A stretch of 53,688 nt of DNA from an uncultured Clostridia bacterium. Its GTDB lineage: Bacteria > Bacillota > Clostridia > Christensenellales > UBA1242. The stretch lies in NCBI GenBank assembly GCA_944372445.1, contig CALVZE010000003.1:67816-121503 (forward strand), written 5' to 3'. This document shows, piece by piece, positions 42,434 through 52,104 of the stretch; position 1 is the first letter of the stretch; each line of letters opens with the position of its first letter. Below the pieces are notes generated by a model. The model was given only the letters and a program-made list of their open reading frames with translations. It did not search any database and was not told the origin of the DNA. The position numbers and the translations under genes are program-made.

Positions 42434-42828
42434 CTATTCCTCACACGCTTCAATAACAATAGCATGACAAACACCAGGAATACTTTCTCCTTGTTGTGTA
42501 GAGGTGGTGCTGAGCAATGCACCTGTTGGCATAAAGAGAACTCTTTTATACTGTCCGTCTTGTAATTTTTTCATGATGTAAGAATTAAACACAGTCGCCG
42601 AGCAACCACACCCTGATGCACCGCATAGTGTATTTTGGTCGCGCCTAAAATACATCTGCCCGCAATCACCATAATTCAATCCAAGTTTTACGCCTTTGTC
42701 CTCCATAAGGTCGACAAGTATTTCACTGCCAAGCTTGCCCAAATCGCCCGTTGCAATAAGGTCATAGTCATCTGGTGTTGTTTTAGAATTTTCAAAGTGT
42801 GCAAGCATAGTTTCAGCACAACTAGGTG
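42434..42828 (-). pseudogene. spoVAD: 3' fragment of spoVAD, interrupted by an integrative element
   Basis: YDLIATGDLGKLG, DCG, GASGCGCSA, TGALLS, QGESIPG..HA are SpoVAD C-terminal motifs; similarity starts abruptly at P-S-C-A-E-T (normally ...GAAMAPAA.DT), with AT-rich non-homologous DNA upstream. Confidence 0.92.
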
Positions 42829-42918
42829 GGATTGTCAAGTATGGACCATAAAATTTTTAAAAAAATATAAATTTATAACCAAATTAACATAAAATAGCCA
42901 CTTTTTATTCCAAAATGA

Positions 42919-44571
42919 CTATTTTATGCAGTTTTCGTCTAAATACATATTTATCTTTTCAAACTCATCTTTGAAATTGAATTTTACTTCAATATGCTTG
43001 TTTTCATATATCAAAATTCTCTCGATGAGTTCATTTGCCATCTCTTTTGTAAGAGATGTAAAACCTTTGTATTTAGCAAAAGTGGTTATAAATTTATTAT
43101 TCTCAAATTCGACATTTTTATTTATATTACTACAAATCGCAATCAATTGATTTTCAAGCAAGTTTATCTTTTGCGTGGCAATATCTCTCTGTTTAAGATA
43201 ATCATTCTCAGTTATCTCCCCTGACTTAAACTTTATATACAAGACAGTTAGGCTATCTTTAAGAGATTTGAGTTCGTTATCTAATTTTATATGCTCTTTC
43301 TCAATGTTGCTACTTACATTTGATTTTTTTAAATTTATTATTTGGATTATATGTTGTATGTTAACTGAAATATCAATATATTTTTTTACAATATCAAAAA
43401 CAAGTTTTTCTAATACATCATTTCTAATCGAGTGTTTTGTGCAAACTTTACCTTTTGTCATCATATATGTTGGACATCTATAATAATACTTTCCTAGTAA
43501 ACTTTTTTCATTACAAATGCAAGTTTGAAGCACTTTCCCACAATCACCACATCTTACAAGTCCACCTAATATATATGTTCGAAAAGGTTTAATATATTTT
43601 GTTCTATTATTTTCTAATCTAAATTGCACTTTATCAAAATCTTCTCTTGAAATGATTGCTTCGTGTGTGTTTGGAACTATACACCATTCTTCACTTGATT
43701 TCTTTATGATTTTATGATTTCGATAACTTATTGTTCCTCTTGTCCCTTGCACCATATCTCCAACATACATTCTATTAGATAATATCCTTTGAACAGCTGA
43801 CGCAGTCCAAATATGGTATTTACTTTGATGTGGATTTTTATATTTATATCCTTTTGATTTTTTATATTCAAATGGAGTTAATATTTCATTGTCATTCAAG
43901 AATTTTGCAATCGCGCTTAAACTACTGCCATTTAAGAACATTTTATAAATAATTTTAACAACTTGGCTTGCCTCAACATCTATAACAAGTTTATGCCTAT
44001 CTTCTTTACTTTTTTCATATCCATAACAAGCAAAAGAACCTATAAATAAACCTTGTCTCATATAGGATTTTTGAGCAGTCTTTACTTTGATAGATAAATC
44101 TCTAACATATTCGTCATTCATTATATTTTTAAAAGGCACCAATAGTCCATTTACTGAGTTTGGGTCAAGAAAGGTATCTACATTATCTAATAGAGAAATA
44201 AATCTAACCTTTAAAATAGGAAAGATGACTTCTATATAATTGCTACTTTCTATTGTGTTTCTGCCAAATCGTGACAAATCCTTTACAATAACACAATCAA
44301 TGTCCCCTGTCTTAATCTTGGCAAGCATTCTTTGAAAATCAGGTCTATCAAAATTTGTTCCAGAATATCCTTCATCTATATAAAAATCATCAATTTGAAT
44401 ATCGGGATTTTGTGCGACAAATTTATTTAGCAAGGCTCTTTGCGATGAAATACTATCACTTTCGTTTTTAACTACATCGTCTTCTCTTGAAAGTCTTAAA
44501 TAAAGCCCTGCTTTCCAAATTTTTTCTTCTTGTATTTTTGCAAGATTGTTGTATCTACTAACTCGGCTCAT
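42919..44571 (-). CDS. Large serine recombinase
   Basis: YLRLSRED catalytic Ser, DEGYSGTNFDRP, VKDLSRFGRN, recombinase domain, CGDCG zinc ribbon, coiled coil. Confidence 0.95.
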   Translation of the reverse strand: MSRVSRYNNLAKIQEEKIWKAGLYLRLSREDDVVKNESDSISSQRALLNKFVAQNPDIQIDDFYIDEGYSGTNFDRPDFQRMLAKIKTGDIDCVIVKDLSRFGRNTIESSNYIEVIFPILKVRFISLLDNVDTFLDPNSVNGLLVPFKNIMNDEYVRDLSIKVKTAQKSYMRQGLFIGSFACYGYEKSKEDRHKLVIDVEASQVVKIIYKMFLNGSSLSAIAKFLNDNEILTPFEYKKSKGYKYKNPHQSKYHIWTASAVQRILSNRMYVGDMVQGTRGTISYRNHKIIKKSSEEWCIVPNTHEAIISREDFDKVQFRLENNRTKYIKPFRTYILGGLVRCGDCGKVLQTCICNEKSLLGKYYYRCPTYMMTKGKVCTKHSIRNDVLEKLVFDIVKKYIDISVNIQHIIQIINLKKSNVSSNIEKEHIKLDNELKSLKDSLTVLYIKFKSGEITENDYLKQRDIATQKINLLENQLIAICSNINKNVEFENNKFITTFAKYKGFTSLTKEMANELIERILIYENKHIEVKFNFKDEFEKINMYLDENCIK

Positions 44572-44578
44572 ATCTCAC

Positions 44579-46276
44579 CTACATAGATAAGGCAATTTGT
44601 GCCTGTTGATATTTTTTCTCTTGTATATATACTTGCCTGTTCAGTTCAATATATTGAAGAGCGTTCATATATTCATCTCTAAATTTAACTTCCACTTCAA
44701 TCTTGCCACCCTCGTATATATAAATATTATTAATAAGCTCGACAACAACATCTCTTGTTAGTTCTGTTATGTTTTGATATTTTTTAAAGTTTTCAATAAA
44801 CCTATTTTCAGTCGTTAGTCCATTTTTTATCGCTTCTTTTTGTAATATCAAATTTTCAATAGCACTTAAAATCTCTTCTTTCTTCTGTGAGTATTTGTCT
44901 TTCATAGAAAGATACATATCCTGCGTGATAAATCCTTTTTTCCAATCTGGATACAAATCTTCAAGCAGTCTATTTATATCATCTCTTTCTGCATATTTCG
45001 ATTTTAACATCTTATCAATTTTTGCCGTCTCTTTTGTCCGTTCTTCACTTCTATTTATGAAATCAATAAGGCTATCCATCGTTATTGCAATATTTACATA
45101 CTGCTTTATCACAGCAAAAACCGCTTCCTTGATTTTATCAACTTGAACTGCGTGTTTTGTGCACGCTTTGCGTCCAGATTTTTTAAAAGTGCTACAAATA
45201 TAATAGTAATACTCTTTGTAAGGCTGATGAATATGCTTTTTATTCATACCCCGCCTACAATCTCCACACTTGCAAAAACCTGACAATAAGTCTAATTGTT
45301 TGGTGCTTGTGCAAACTCTTGTATCTCTTGCAAGTAATGATTGCACTTTTTCAAAATCTTCTCTTGAAATAATAGGTTCGTGCGTGTTTGGCACAATTAT
45401 TCGTTTGTCTTTATCAACTTTTCGGCAAATTTTAACTTTATAACTAACTATCTCTGCTTGCTTTTGCACCATATCTCCAACATACATTTGATTTGTTAAG
45501 ATACGTTTTATTCCAAGTGAGTCCCATTTAGGGTTTCCAGTTGTAGAAAAATGTCTATCTTTATATCCTTTACTTCTTTTATATTCACTTGGAGTTAAAT
45601 AATTATTGTCATTCATATAAATTGCTATTGAACGAATTGTGGCGCCTTCTAAAAACATTTTATATATCATTCTTACATTATCAGCAGCCTCTTCATCAAC
45701 AATGAGTTTATGCTTATCATTTGGGTCTTTAATATATCCATAGCAAGCAAATGAACCTATATATTGCCCATTTTCTCTTTTAATCGTAAGAGAACTTCTA
45801 ATCTTCATAGAAATATCACGACAATATTCATCATTGAGCAAGTTTTTAAAAGGAACTATTACATTATTTATAGACTGCGGATTTAAAAAACTATCTATTT
45901 GGTCATTTATAGCAATAAATCTCACTTTCAACATTGGAAAAACGATTTCGATATACTTACTTGTTTCAATATGATTTCTTCCAAGTCTTGATAAGTCTTT
46001 TACAATAACACAATCAACCTTATTCGCTCTTATGTCATTAAACATTCTTTCAAAACTATCACGATTAAAATTTGTGCCAGTATAACCATCGTCTATATAC
46101 TCGTCATAAAGTTTAAGGTCTGGGTTTTTCAACAAAAAATTACGCAACATCTCTCTTTGAGATTTTACGCTCTCACTTTCCATTTTATCACCGTCTTCAC
46201 GAGATAAACGTATATACAAAGCAGTATTCCAAATTTTACCGCTTACTTTATTTTCAAAAACATTTTCCATAAGCAT
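44579..46276 (-). CDS. Large serine recombinase
   Basis: YIRLSRED, DDGYTGTNFNR, VKDLSRLGRN, THEPIIS, CGDC zinc ribbon. Confidence 0.95.
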   Translation of the reverse strand: MLMENVFENKVSGKIWNTALYIRLSREDGDKMESESVKSQREMLRNFLLKNPDLKLYDEYIDDGYTGTNFNRDSFERMFNDIRANKVDCVIVKDLSRLGRNHIETSKYIEIVFPMLKVRFIAINDQIDSFLNPQSINNVIVPFKNLLNDEYCRDISMKIRSSLTIKRENGQYIGSFACYGYIKDPNDKHKLIVDEEAADNVRMIYKMFLEGATIRSIAIYMNDNNYLTPSEYKRSKGYKDRHFSTTGNPKWDSLGIKRILTNQMYVGDMVQKQAEIVSYKVKICRKVDKDKRIIVPNTHEPIISREDFEKVQSLLARDTRVCTSTKQLDLLSGFCKCGDCRRGMNKKHIHQPYKEYYYYICSTFKKSGRKACTKHAVQVDKIKEAVFAVIKQYVNIAITMDSLIDFINRSEERTKETAKIDKMLKSKYAERDDINRLLEDLYPDWKKGFITQDMYLSMKDKYSQKKEEILSAIENLILQKEAIKNGLTTENRFIENFKKYQNITELTRDVVVELINNIYIYEGGKIEVEVKFRDEYMNALQYIELNRQVYIQEKKYQQAQIALSM

Positions 46277-46377
46277 ATCTCCTCATAATAAAATTGAGAT
46301 GATATGCCGTGAATATCTAATACGATATTATTATAACACATCATCTCAAAAATATACAGTGATTTTTAAAATTTATC

Positions 46378-46659
46378 TTAATTTCCTATCTTTGCAAGTA
46401 AAATTTTTTCCATTTTATCTTGAAAACTCTTATTTGTGTCAGCAAATTTTACTTTAACAACCAAATCACCAACCTTAAAAAGATAGGGATTTTTTATCTT
46501 TTCAATAAAGTCAATTAACTTTTCGTGTTTACTTTTTGATGTGTCGATATTTATATCTCTAATATCAACCAAACTATTTGTATTACAAGTTTTAAAATCT
46601 TGATTTTTCATTTCATTTAATTCATTTAATGTTATCATACTCAAATTTTTGACATACAA
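46378..46659 (-). CDS. Small recombinase-associated protein (DUF6870-like)
   Basis: LVDIRDINID...IKNPYLFKVGD.VVKVKF, as recalled for small genes preceding clostridial serine recombinase clusters. Confidence 0.7.
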   Translation of the reverse strand: MYVKNLSMITLNELNEMKNQDFKTCNTNSLVDIRDINIDTSKSKHEKLIDFIEKIKNPYLFKVGDLVVKVKFADTNKSFQDKMEKILLAKIGN

Positions 46660-46719
46660 AATTTTTTTTATTCCAAAAAGAATTATCGAAATAAAAAGAA
46701 TTATGTCAAATCCTCCCCA

Positions 46720-47115
46720 TCATAGTTCACTTGCTTTTAAATTTTCTATATCATCTTTAATCTTTTCAGTTAAATCATAAACAAGACTTTCTAAATCACC
46801 ATCTGTGACGTTGGCAAGATTGTTATAACCATCTAACTTGTAAATATCATCACTGTAAGTATCTGCTACAAAACAGCGAACTCTATCCACTCCATCTTTT
46901 GCAGCAGCTTTAAGCCAATAATCTACATCATCATCGTCTAATATATCCGAAATTTCTCTTATATCATCATAGTAATCTGTGCTATGTTCTGCGTCAAAAT
47001 CCTCTATAAGATTCTTTATGTTCTCAAAAACATCTTTCTTGCATTTAGTATCTATATCTTTTACTTCTTCTTTCAATAAATTTATTAATTTCTTTCTTGC
47101 GTATATTTCATTCAT
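46720..47115 (-). CDS. Acidic hypothetical protein
   Basis: AAGGAG RBS; DGYNNL.N motif; ends SEL. Confidence 0.7.
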   Translation of the reverse strand: MNEIYARKKLINLLKEEVKDIDTKCKKDVFENIKNLIEDFDAEHSTDYYDDIREISDILDDDDVDYWLKAAAKDGVDRVRCFVADTYSDDIYKLDGYNNLANVTDGDLESLVYDLTEKIKDDIENLKASEL

Positions 47116-48208
47116 TATTGTCTCCTTTTAGATAAGGTATCAATCTTTCTGCCACTCTTTTTATCATAAGTGGTGGGACACTCATTCCACACACATAGGC
47201 AATATTATCTAAACTCTCCGACAGAAAGTTAAAATCCTGTGGAAAGGTTGAAATTGACACAATATCTTGTTTAGATAAGAATTTTTTATCGCACCACCTT
47301 ATGTTATTACAATGGGCAGTTATTGTTGGTGCAACCTGATCGTCATAAACAAAGCAGTAATTAAAAAAAGAACTCTTGTTTCTAAGTTTTCTACAAGCGT
47401 TCTCTAAATTGCGATCTCCATATTTGGCATTATCTATAAGTTTTTTAAGATTATCTGTTATTCCTCTTTCGCTTCCATCTTTTGACTTAATTTTACTAAA
47501 TGTAATAGGTCTATAAAGAAAAGACATATTCAGTTTATTCAAATCGACATCTAAGCGTGTCGCAATAAAAAATACTCTATGTCTTTTCTGTGGTATTCCT
47601 ATTTGTTCACCTTTAAGAAGCCAATGTTTTACCTTGTATCCGATATTATGAAAATGTTTATAGATATTTTGAACATATCTCCAAGCATTTCCCTTTGTAA
47701 GTCCTTCGACATTTTCCATAACAACAAACTTTGGTTTAAGCTTTTTAACAGTTTCTATAAACACAAAAGACAAATCGTCTAACGTCTGTTCTTTTTGTCC
47801 TTCTCTAAATTTCTTTTTCTTCCCCCAAGTTTTTTCTCGCAAACCTGCCATTGAAAATGTAGTGCAAGGTGGACTTCCATCAAGTATATCTAACTCAAAC
47901 AATTCCTTTGGTAAATCTTTATTAGGAATTTTATTGAAATCTCGAATATCCATCACAAAGTTTAATTTAGGGTTATGGTTGGCAAGATATATCTCATTCA
48001 TTCGTTTGTCAATTTCAAGGCAACCAACAACATCATATCCTGCCAACTTATATCCCATAGTGGAGCCTCCTCCACAAGCAAATGTGCTAAATACTTTTAA
48101 CCCATTGTTTTTCGGATAATCTTTAAAATGCCAATACCAATCATTACTATCTTTTTCTTTATAACAATCAAAGTCACTACCAAGCATATCAAACATTGAT
48201 TGTTGCAT
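47108..48208 (-). CDS. DNA (cytosine-5) methyltransferase
   Basis: FACGGG, DGSPPC..FS, ENV, Q.R.RVF, FPQDF, GMSVPP. Confidence 0.93.
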   Translation of the reverse strand: MQQSMFDMLGSDFDCYKEKDSNDWYWHFKDYPKNNGLKVFSTFACGGGSTMGYKLAGYDVVGCLEIDKRMNEIYLANHNPKLNFVMDIRDFNKIPNKDLPKELFELDILDGSPPCTTFSMAGLREKTWGKKKKFREGQKEQTLDDLSFVFIETVKKLKPKFVVMENVEGLTKGNAWRYVQNIYKHFHNIGYKVKHWLLKGEQIGIPQKRHRVFFIATRLDVDLNKLNMSFLYRPITFSKIKSKDGSERGITDNLKKLIDNAKYGDRNLENACRKLRNKSSFFNYCFVYDDQVAPTITAHCNNIRWCDKKFLSKQDIVSISTFPQDFNFLSESLDNIAYVCGMSVPPLMIKRVAERLIPYLKGDNNE

Positions 48209-48218
48209 AGTAGTCCCC

Positions 48219-49184
48219 TTAACTCATTTCTTCTTCGTTAACTTTTTTCATCGCCCTTTTCACAATATTTTCTATGCAGGATTTAAAGTTTTCTTCATCT
48301 TTGACGAATGCTTCGTTTACATCTTTATAATCAACACTATTATAAGTAAGATATTTAATTTTGTTTTGTTTGAAAAATTTGATAACATCTTCCGTTGCTT
48401 TTTCGCCAGCTTCATCATTATCAAAAGCAGTGATATAAATTTTTTTCTTGTTTAACTCCAAATTTTTAAACTTAGATAAATTGCTCACACTCCCAAGTGC
48501 TATTGCATTAGCACCAACACTTTCTAAACTCAAACAATCAAACTCACCTTCGGTAATAAAACAAAATGGTTTATCATTATATAATGCTTCTTTGTTAAAA
48601 ATATCAGTATGATGACTTTTTGTTTTATAGTATCTCAACTCATTATTTGATGTATCTATGTTGCGTGCTGTAAACCCATTTTTTGAAATTGGGATTATAA
48701 TTGCTTTGAGAGTCTTATTGCCAAAATTAAACTCATTGTAGCCTAAATTAAATCTTTTTGCTGTTTTTTCATCAATTTTTCTACCTAAAAGATAATTTTT
48801 TGCACTTTTTTCTTTATCTAAATTTTTAGTCCAAATTTTATATGCCCTTGAATAATCTTTCTCTTTTTGATTGTTTTCTTTATTTTTTTCTTTTGTGAAC
48901 TCTTTTATTGTTCTTAAAGTTTGACCCATTTTATAATATTGCAATGCCCTTTTAAAAGCCTCTTTGTTATCAACATTTTCAAGTATTGCAATACAATCAA
49001 ACAAGTTATATGTTTCACCACAACCAAAACAATAAACTTTGTTATCATCATAATATTTCATTGAAGCATTGCTATCATTGTGATTGGGATTTATACATCG
49101 AAACATTCGACTTGTATTTATTCCGTGACTTTCAAGATAATTTCTTAAATTAGATTTGAGATACTCATATTCAATATCTTCCAC
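48219..49184 (-). CDS. DNA primase-like protein (zinc finger + TOPRIM)
   Basis: C.NP.H.D...CFGC; ITEGEFD..S; AFDNDEAG; KDVNE. Confidence 0.88.
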   Translation of the reverse strand: MEDIEYEYLKSNLRNYLESHGINTSRMFRCINPNHNDSNASMKYYDDNKVYCFGCGETYNLFDCIAILENVDNKEAFKRALQYYKMGQTLRTIKEFTKEKNKENNQKEKDYSRAYKIWTKNLDKEKSAKNYLLGRKIDEKTAKRFNLGYNEFNFGNKTLKAIIIPISKNGFTARNIDTSNNELRYYKTKSHHTDIFNKEALYNDKPFCFITEGEFDCLSLESVGANAIALGSVSNLSKFKNLELNKKKIYITAFDNDEAGEKATEDVIKFFKQNKIKYLTYNSVDYKDVNEAFVKDEENFKSCIENIVKRAMKKVNEEEMS

Positions 49185-49190
49185 AATAAT

Positions 49191-49511
49191 TTACATTTCC
49201 TCACTGCTTAATTTCTTGTATCTATCTTGAATATCATAGTAAATAAATTCTCTCAAATCATCTTGCGTCAAGTCATATTCTGTTTTCATAAATCTATAAT
49301 ACAAATCTTCTACAATTTCTTTTTTTGCAAAATCTCTTCTCATATAACTTTTGCCATAGTTTACAAGGAAATTATAAAATTCTTCGTGTGCGTGAATTTG
49401 ATAAAAACTTTCGTATAATTCTTCTGCTGGAAGTTTTTTCATTTGCATTTTATATTTTTCGTGTTCTCTATCAAGTTCTCTCACGAACTCTCTATACTCA
49501 TCTTCTAACAT
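49191..49511 (-). CDS. Hypothetical protein (DUF3848-like)
   Basis: GGAG RBS before ATG 49511; helical acidic protein ending SEEM; family call tentative. Confidence 0.65.
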   Translation of the reverse strand: MLEDEYREFVRELDREHEKYKMQMKKLPAEELYESFYQIHAHEEFYNFLVNYGKSYMRRDFAKKEIVEDLYYRFMKTEYDLTQDDLREFIYYDIQDRYKKLSSEEM

Positions 49512-49512
49512 A

Positions 49513-49884
49513 TTACATCTCCGAGTCATATTTTTTATTTTTAGATTTTCGGCTATTTGCTTTATATTCAGCTATCTCTTTCAAAATTCTTTGTGTGTTT
49601 TTATATTTCTCTTTGTTGTAATATTCTTGCTTTTTGATATATTTATCTAAATCCTTCATATCCTTTTTTTCAAGTTTATACTTAATGCCACAATCACAAG
49701 AGATAAATTGCAATCCGCAAGCGGGACAGCGCTCAATATCGCACATATCTAAATGTTTTTCTCCAACGTGAACACCGCAATCTCCACAAGTTGGGTTTTC
49801 TTCATCTCCTACCCAATCTTCGTCCTCATCACCAAATAGTATTGGATCATAAAGTTTGCCTTTAATCAAGTATTTTACCGACAT
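49513..49884 (-). CDS. Cys-rich zinc-binding hypothetical protein
   Basis: CGDCGV...H..CD.ERCPACG.QFISCDC; ends DSEM. Confidence 0.8.
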   Translation of the reverse strand: MSVKYLIKGKLYDPILFGDEDEDWVGDEENPTCGDCGVHVGEKHLDMCDIERCPACGLQFISCDCGIKYKLEKKDMKDLDKYIKKQEYYNKEKYKNTQRILKEIAEYKANSRKSKNKKYDSEM

Positions 49885-49893
49885 AATTTCCTC

Positions 49894-50667
49894 CTACATT
49901 TCTTCATCACACTGATTATATTCATAAGCATGGGTTTTCTTATTAAAAGAATAATATCTTTTAGAATCAGGCCAAAGTTCAAAACCTTTTTCATAAGCTT
50001 CTTTGCTGCCTTCATCAAAAATGAGTTCTTTTGTGCAATCACCATTTTCAAACTCATATTCACCACAAAGAACACAAATTTGTTCTTCAGCAAATTCATA
50101 TTCAAATAAGTTTTGTGGAAACATAGAAGATAATTTCAGCATAAGTTCTGGAACAGGACTCCAAGCTGTGTCAAATAAAATTACATTATCTTCTATTTCT
50201 GTTTCGTGTGCATTCCACTTGGTCCCCCAATTTCGAATACTCCAATCATACCAATCCACTACACCATAATTTAAAATGTTATCTAGTGCCATTTTGCCAT
50301 AATTCAAAACTGATTGTTCGTTCTCAAATCTTTTCTTTCCTTTCCAATCTTTTTCTTCTGCAATTTCTTTTAATTTCTCTTTAAATTCATCGTCTTTCAT
50401 TCCGATATAATTTTCACCAATTGAAACAATAATCGATATATATTTTTTAAACTCATCTGTCTTTTTTATTGAGTTCATAAAAAGATTTATATATGTTGGA
50501 ACTCGTGAAGAAGATTCCATTTTCGCTATACTTTCTGGCATAGGCGTGATTTTGTTAAAATCCAAAACCACTTTATGTTCTTCGTTGTCAAATGTTGTGA
50601 TTTGATGTAGAACTTCTTTATATTGTGGACCTCGAATTGTTAAACGATTTCTTACCCAATTTGGCAT
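49894..50667 (-). CDS. DUF1281/YubB/Api92-like ferredoxin-fold protein
   Basis: MPNWVRN.L, LDFNKI.PMP, WYDW...NWGTKWNA, FDTAWSP; ends DEEM. Confidence 0.8.
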   Translation of the reverse strand: MPNWVRNRLTIRGPQYKEVLHQITTFDNEEHKVVLDFNKITPMPESIAKMESSSRVPTYINLFMNSIKKTDEFKKYISIIVSIGENYIGMKDDEFKEKLKEIAEEKDWKGKKRFENEQSVLNYGKMALDNILNYGVVDWYDWSIRNWGTKWNAHETEIEDNVILFDTAWSPVPELMLKLSSMFPQNLFEYEFAEEQICVLCGEYEFENGDCTKELIFDEGSKEAYEKGFELWPDSKRYYSFNKKTHAYEYNQCDEEM

Positions 50668-50676
50668 AATTCCCTC

Positions 50677-51198
50677 CTACATTTCTTCTTGTGCTTGTCG
50701 CTTCTTCTCTGCTTGTAATGTTGCTTCTGTCCAAAATCCGTAAAAATCTTTTGGTCGTTTTATCCCTAATTGCTTATATTCTTTATCTAACCCTTTTTGC
50801 ACTTCTTTGAAATCATCAAATGGATATTCAGCATATATCCATTTGTCTTTATCGTTAAATATATAGATATACTCAATCCAACCCCATTTTTTAAGTTCTT
50901 TTAAAGAACAGATACTTGCTTCTTGGTCAGTTTCTCCCCTATCTCTTCCATAAGCAACCACAACATCATCTTGTCTTTGACTATAATCAAATGAATGTGG
51001 TTTACTTGGATCTGGATTAACCTTTTCACATAGACAAGAAATATTTCCAAGATTTAAAAGTTCTTCAATCTTTTTTCTATCTTTATAATGGTCAATAAGC
51101 ATTGCGCCATTATAGGTTAAATAACCATCACTATGACAATAAATTGCTTTATATTTATCGTCACCAATCTTTTCACAAATCAAACTTCTTGTTGACAT
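50677..51198 (-). CDS. Conserved phage/ICE hypothetical protein
   Basis: MSTRS.I...IYCHSDGY....G..L..HY, AYGRDRGE, EYIYIF; ends QEEM. Confidence 0.8.
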   Translation of the reverse strand: MSTRSLICEKIGDDKYKAIYCHSDGYLTYNGAMLIDHYKDRKKIEELLNLGNISCLCEKVNPDPSKPHSFDYSQRQDDVVVAYGRDRGETDQEASICSLKELKKWGWIEYIYIFNDKDKWIYAEYPFDDFKEVQKGLDKEYKQLGIKRPKDFYGFWTEATLQAEKKRQAQEEM

Positions 51199-51207
51199 AA
51201 ATCCCCC

Positions 51208-52104
51208 CTAAATTAAGCTATATTTTCCTGCATATAAATTCCACGGTTCTGTATTTAGATAATAATCTAATAACTCTTGATAAACATAAATTGACTCCAA
51301 GTTAGGACATCTTGAAAATGGTTGATAAGAAGTAGTAAAATTTGCTGACACCTCATTCTTTGATAGGAATGTCACCTGTTTTAAGTTATCACAACCATTA
51401 AATGTGCCAAGAGTCATCTTTTTTAGACTTGATGATAACTCAACTTCTTCAAGATTTTTGCAATTAAAAAAAGCATAAGGGTCTATTTGTTCGACTGTGC
51501 TAGGCAAAATTAGCGACTTTATATTTGTTCCCCAAAATGCACTGTCGCCTATTCTTTTAAGTCCCTCACTAAATTCTATTATTTCTAAATTTGAACAATC
51601 TCTAAAAGCAAACAGTTCTATTGTTTCTATTGTTTTTGGTAAAATGACTTGTTTTATTTTTTTATTGTTTTGAAAAACACTATTTGAAATACTTGTTATT
51701 TTTACATCTCTTCCTTCAATAAAAGTAGGTGTATCTATTGAGTATTCATAAGTCCAAGGATATAATTGATTATATATCATTTCATAAAAATCATAATATC
51801 CATTAGCACCAGTGGTATAATGTTCTTGTAAAAATTGAAAAGCCTCTGCTCTATCATTAAATGTAATAATTCCACTATAATTTTCAGTATCACCAAATGA
51901 ATATGAACTTGGAATTTCTACTATTTCTTTATCACCATTATACTCAACTATTTTGCTTCCATTAAATACAAATCCTTCTACGGATATTAATGGCTCTTGT
52001 TTTTCAAAACTAACTCTTTGGGTAAGTGCAAATATAAAAAGAATTAAAACTCCAATAATTAAAAACAAAACTCCCCAAGATATTGTTGATTTGCTTTTAC
52101 TCAT
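51208..52104 (-). CDS. Membrane-anchored BspA-type leucine-rich repeat protein
   Basis: N-terminal TM segment; repeats LPKTIETIELFAFRDCSNL and LPSTVEQIDPYAFFNCKNL. Confidence 0.88.
   Translation of the reverse strand: MSKSKSTISWGVLFLIIGVLILFIFALTQRVSFEKQEPLISVEGFVFNGSKIVEYNGDKEIVEIPSSYSFGDTENYSGIITFNDRAEAFQFLQEHYTTGANGYYDFYEMIYNQLYPWTYEYSIDTPTFIEGRDVKITSISNSVFQNNKKIKQVILPKTIETIELFAFRDCSNLEIIEFSEGLKRIGDSAFWGTNIKSLILPSTVEQIDPYAFFNCKNLEEVELSSSLKKMTLGTFNGCDNLKQVTFLSKNEVSANFTTSYQPFSRCPNLESIYVYQELLDYYLNTEPWNLYAGKYSLI

Noticed and set aside
42434-42838. 134-aa ORF as a complete small gene starting at TTG 42838
   Set aside because: No RBS, and the first codons (TTG ACA ATC) are element-derived; it is the 3' part of spoVAD.
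47108-48208. Restriction-modification defence system
   Set aside because: No recognisable endonuclease is adjacent; the flanking 131-aa acidic ORF shows no nuclease motif I can support.
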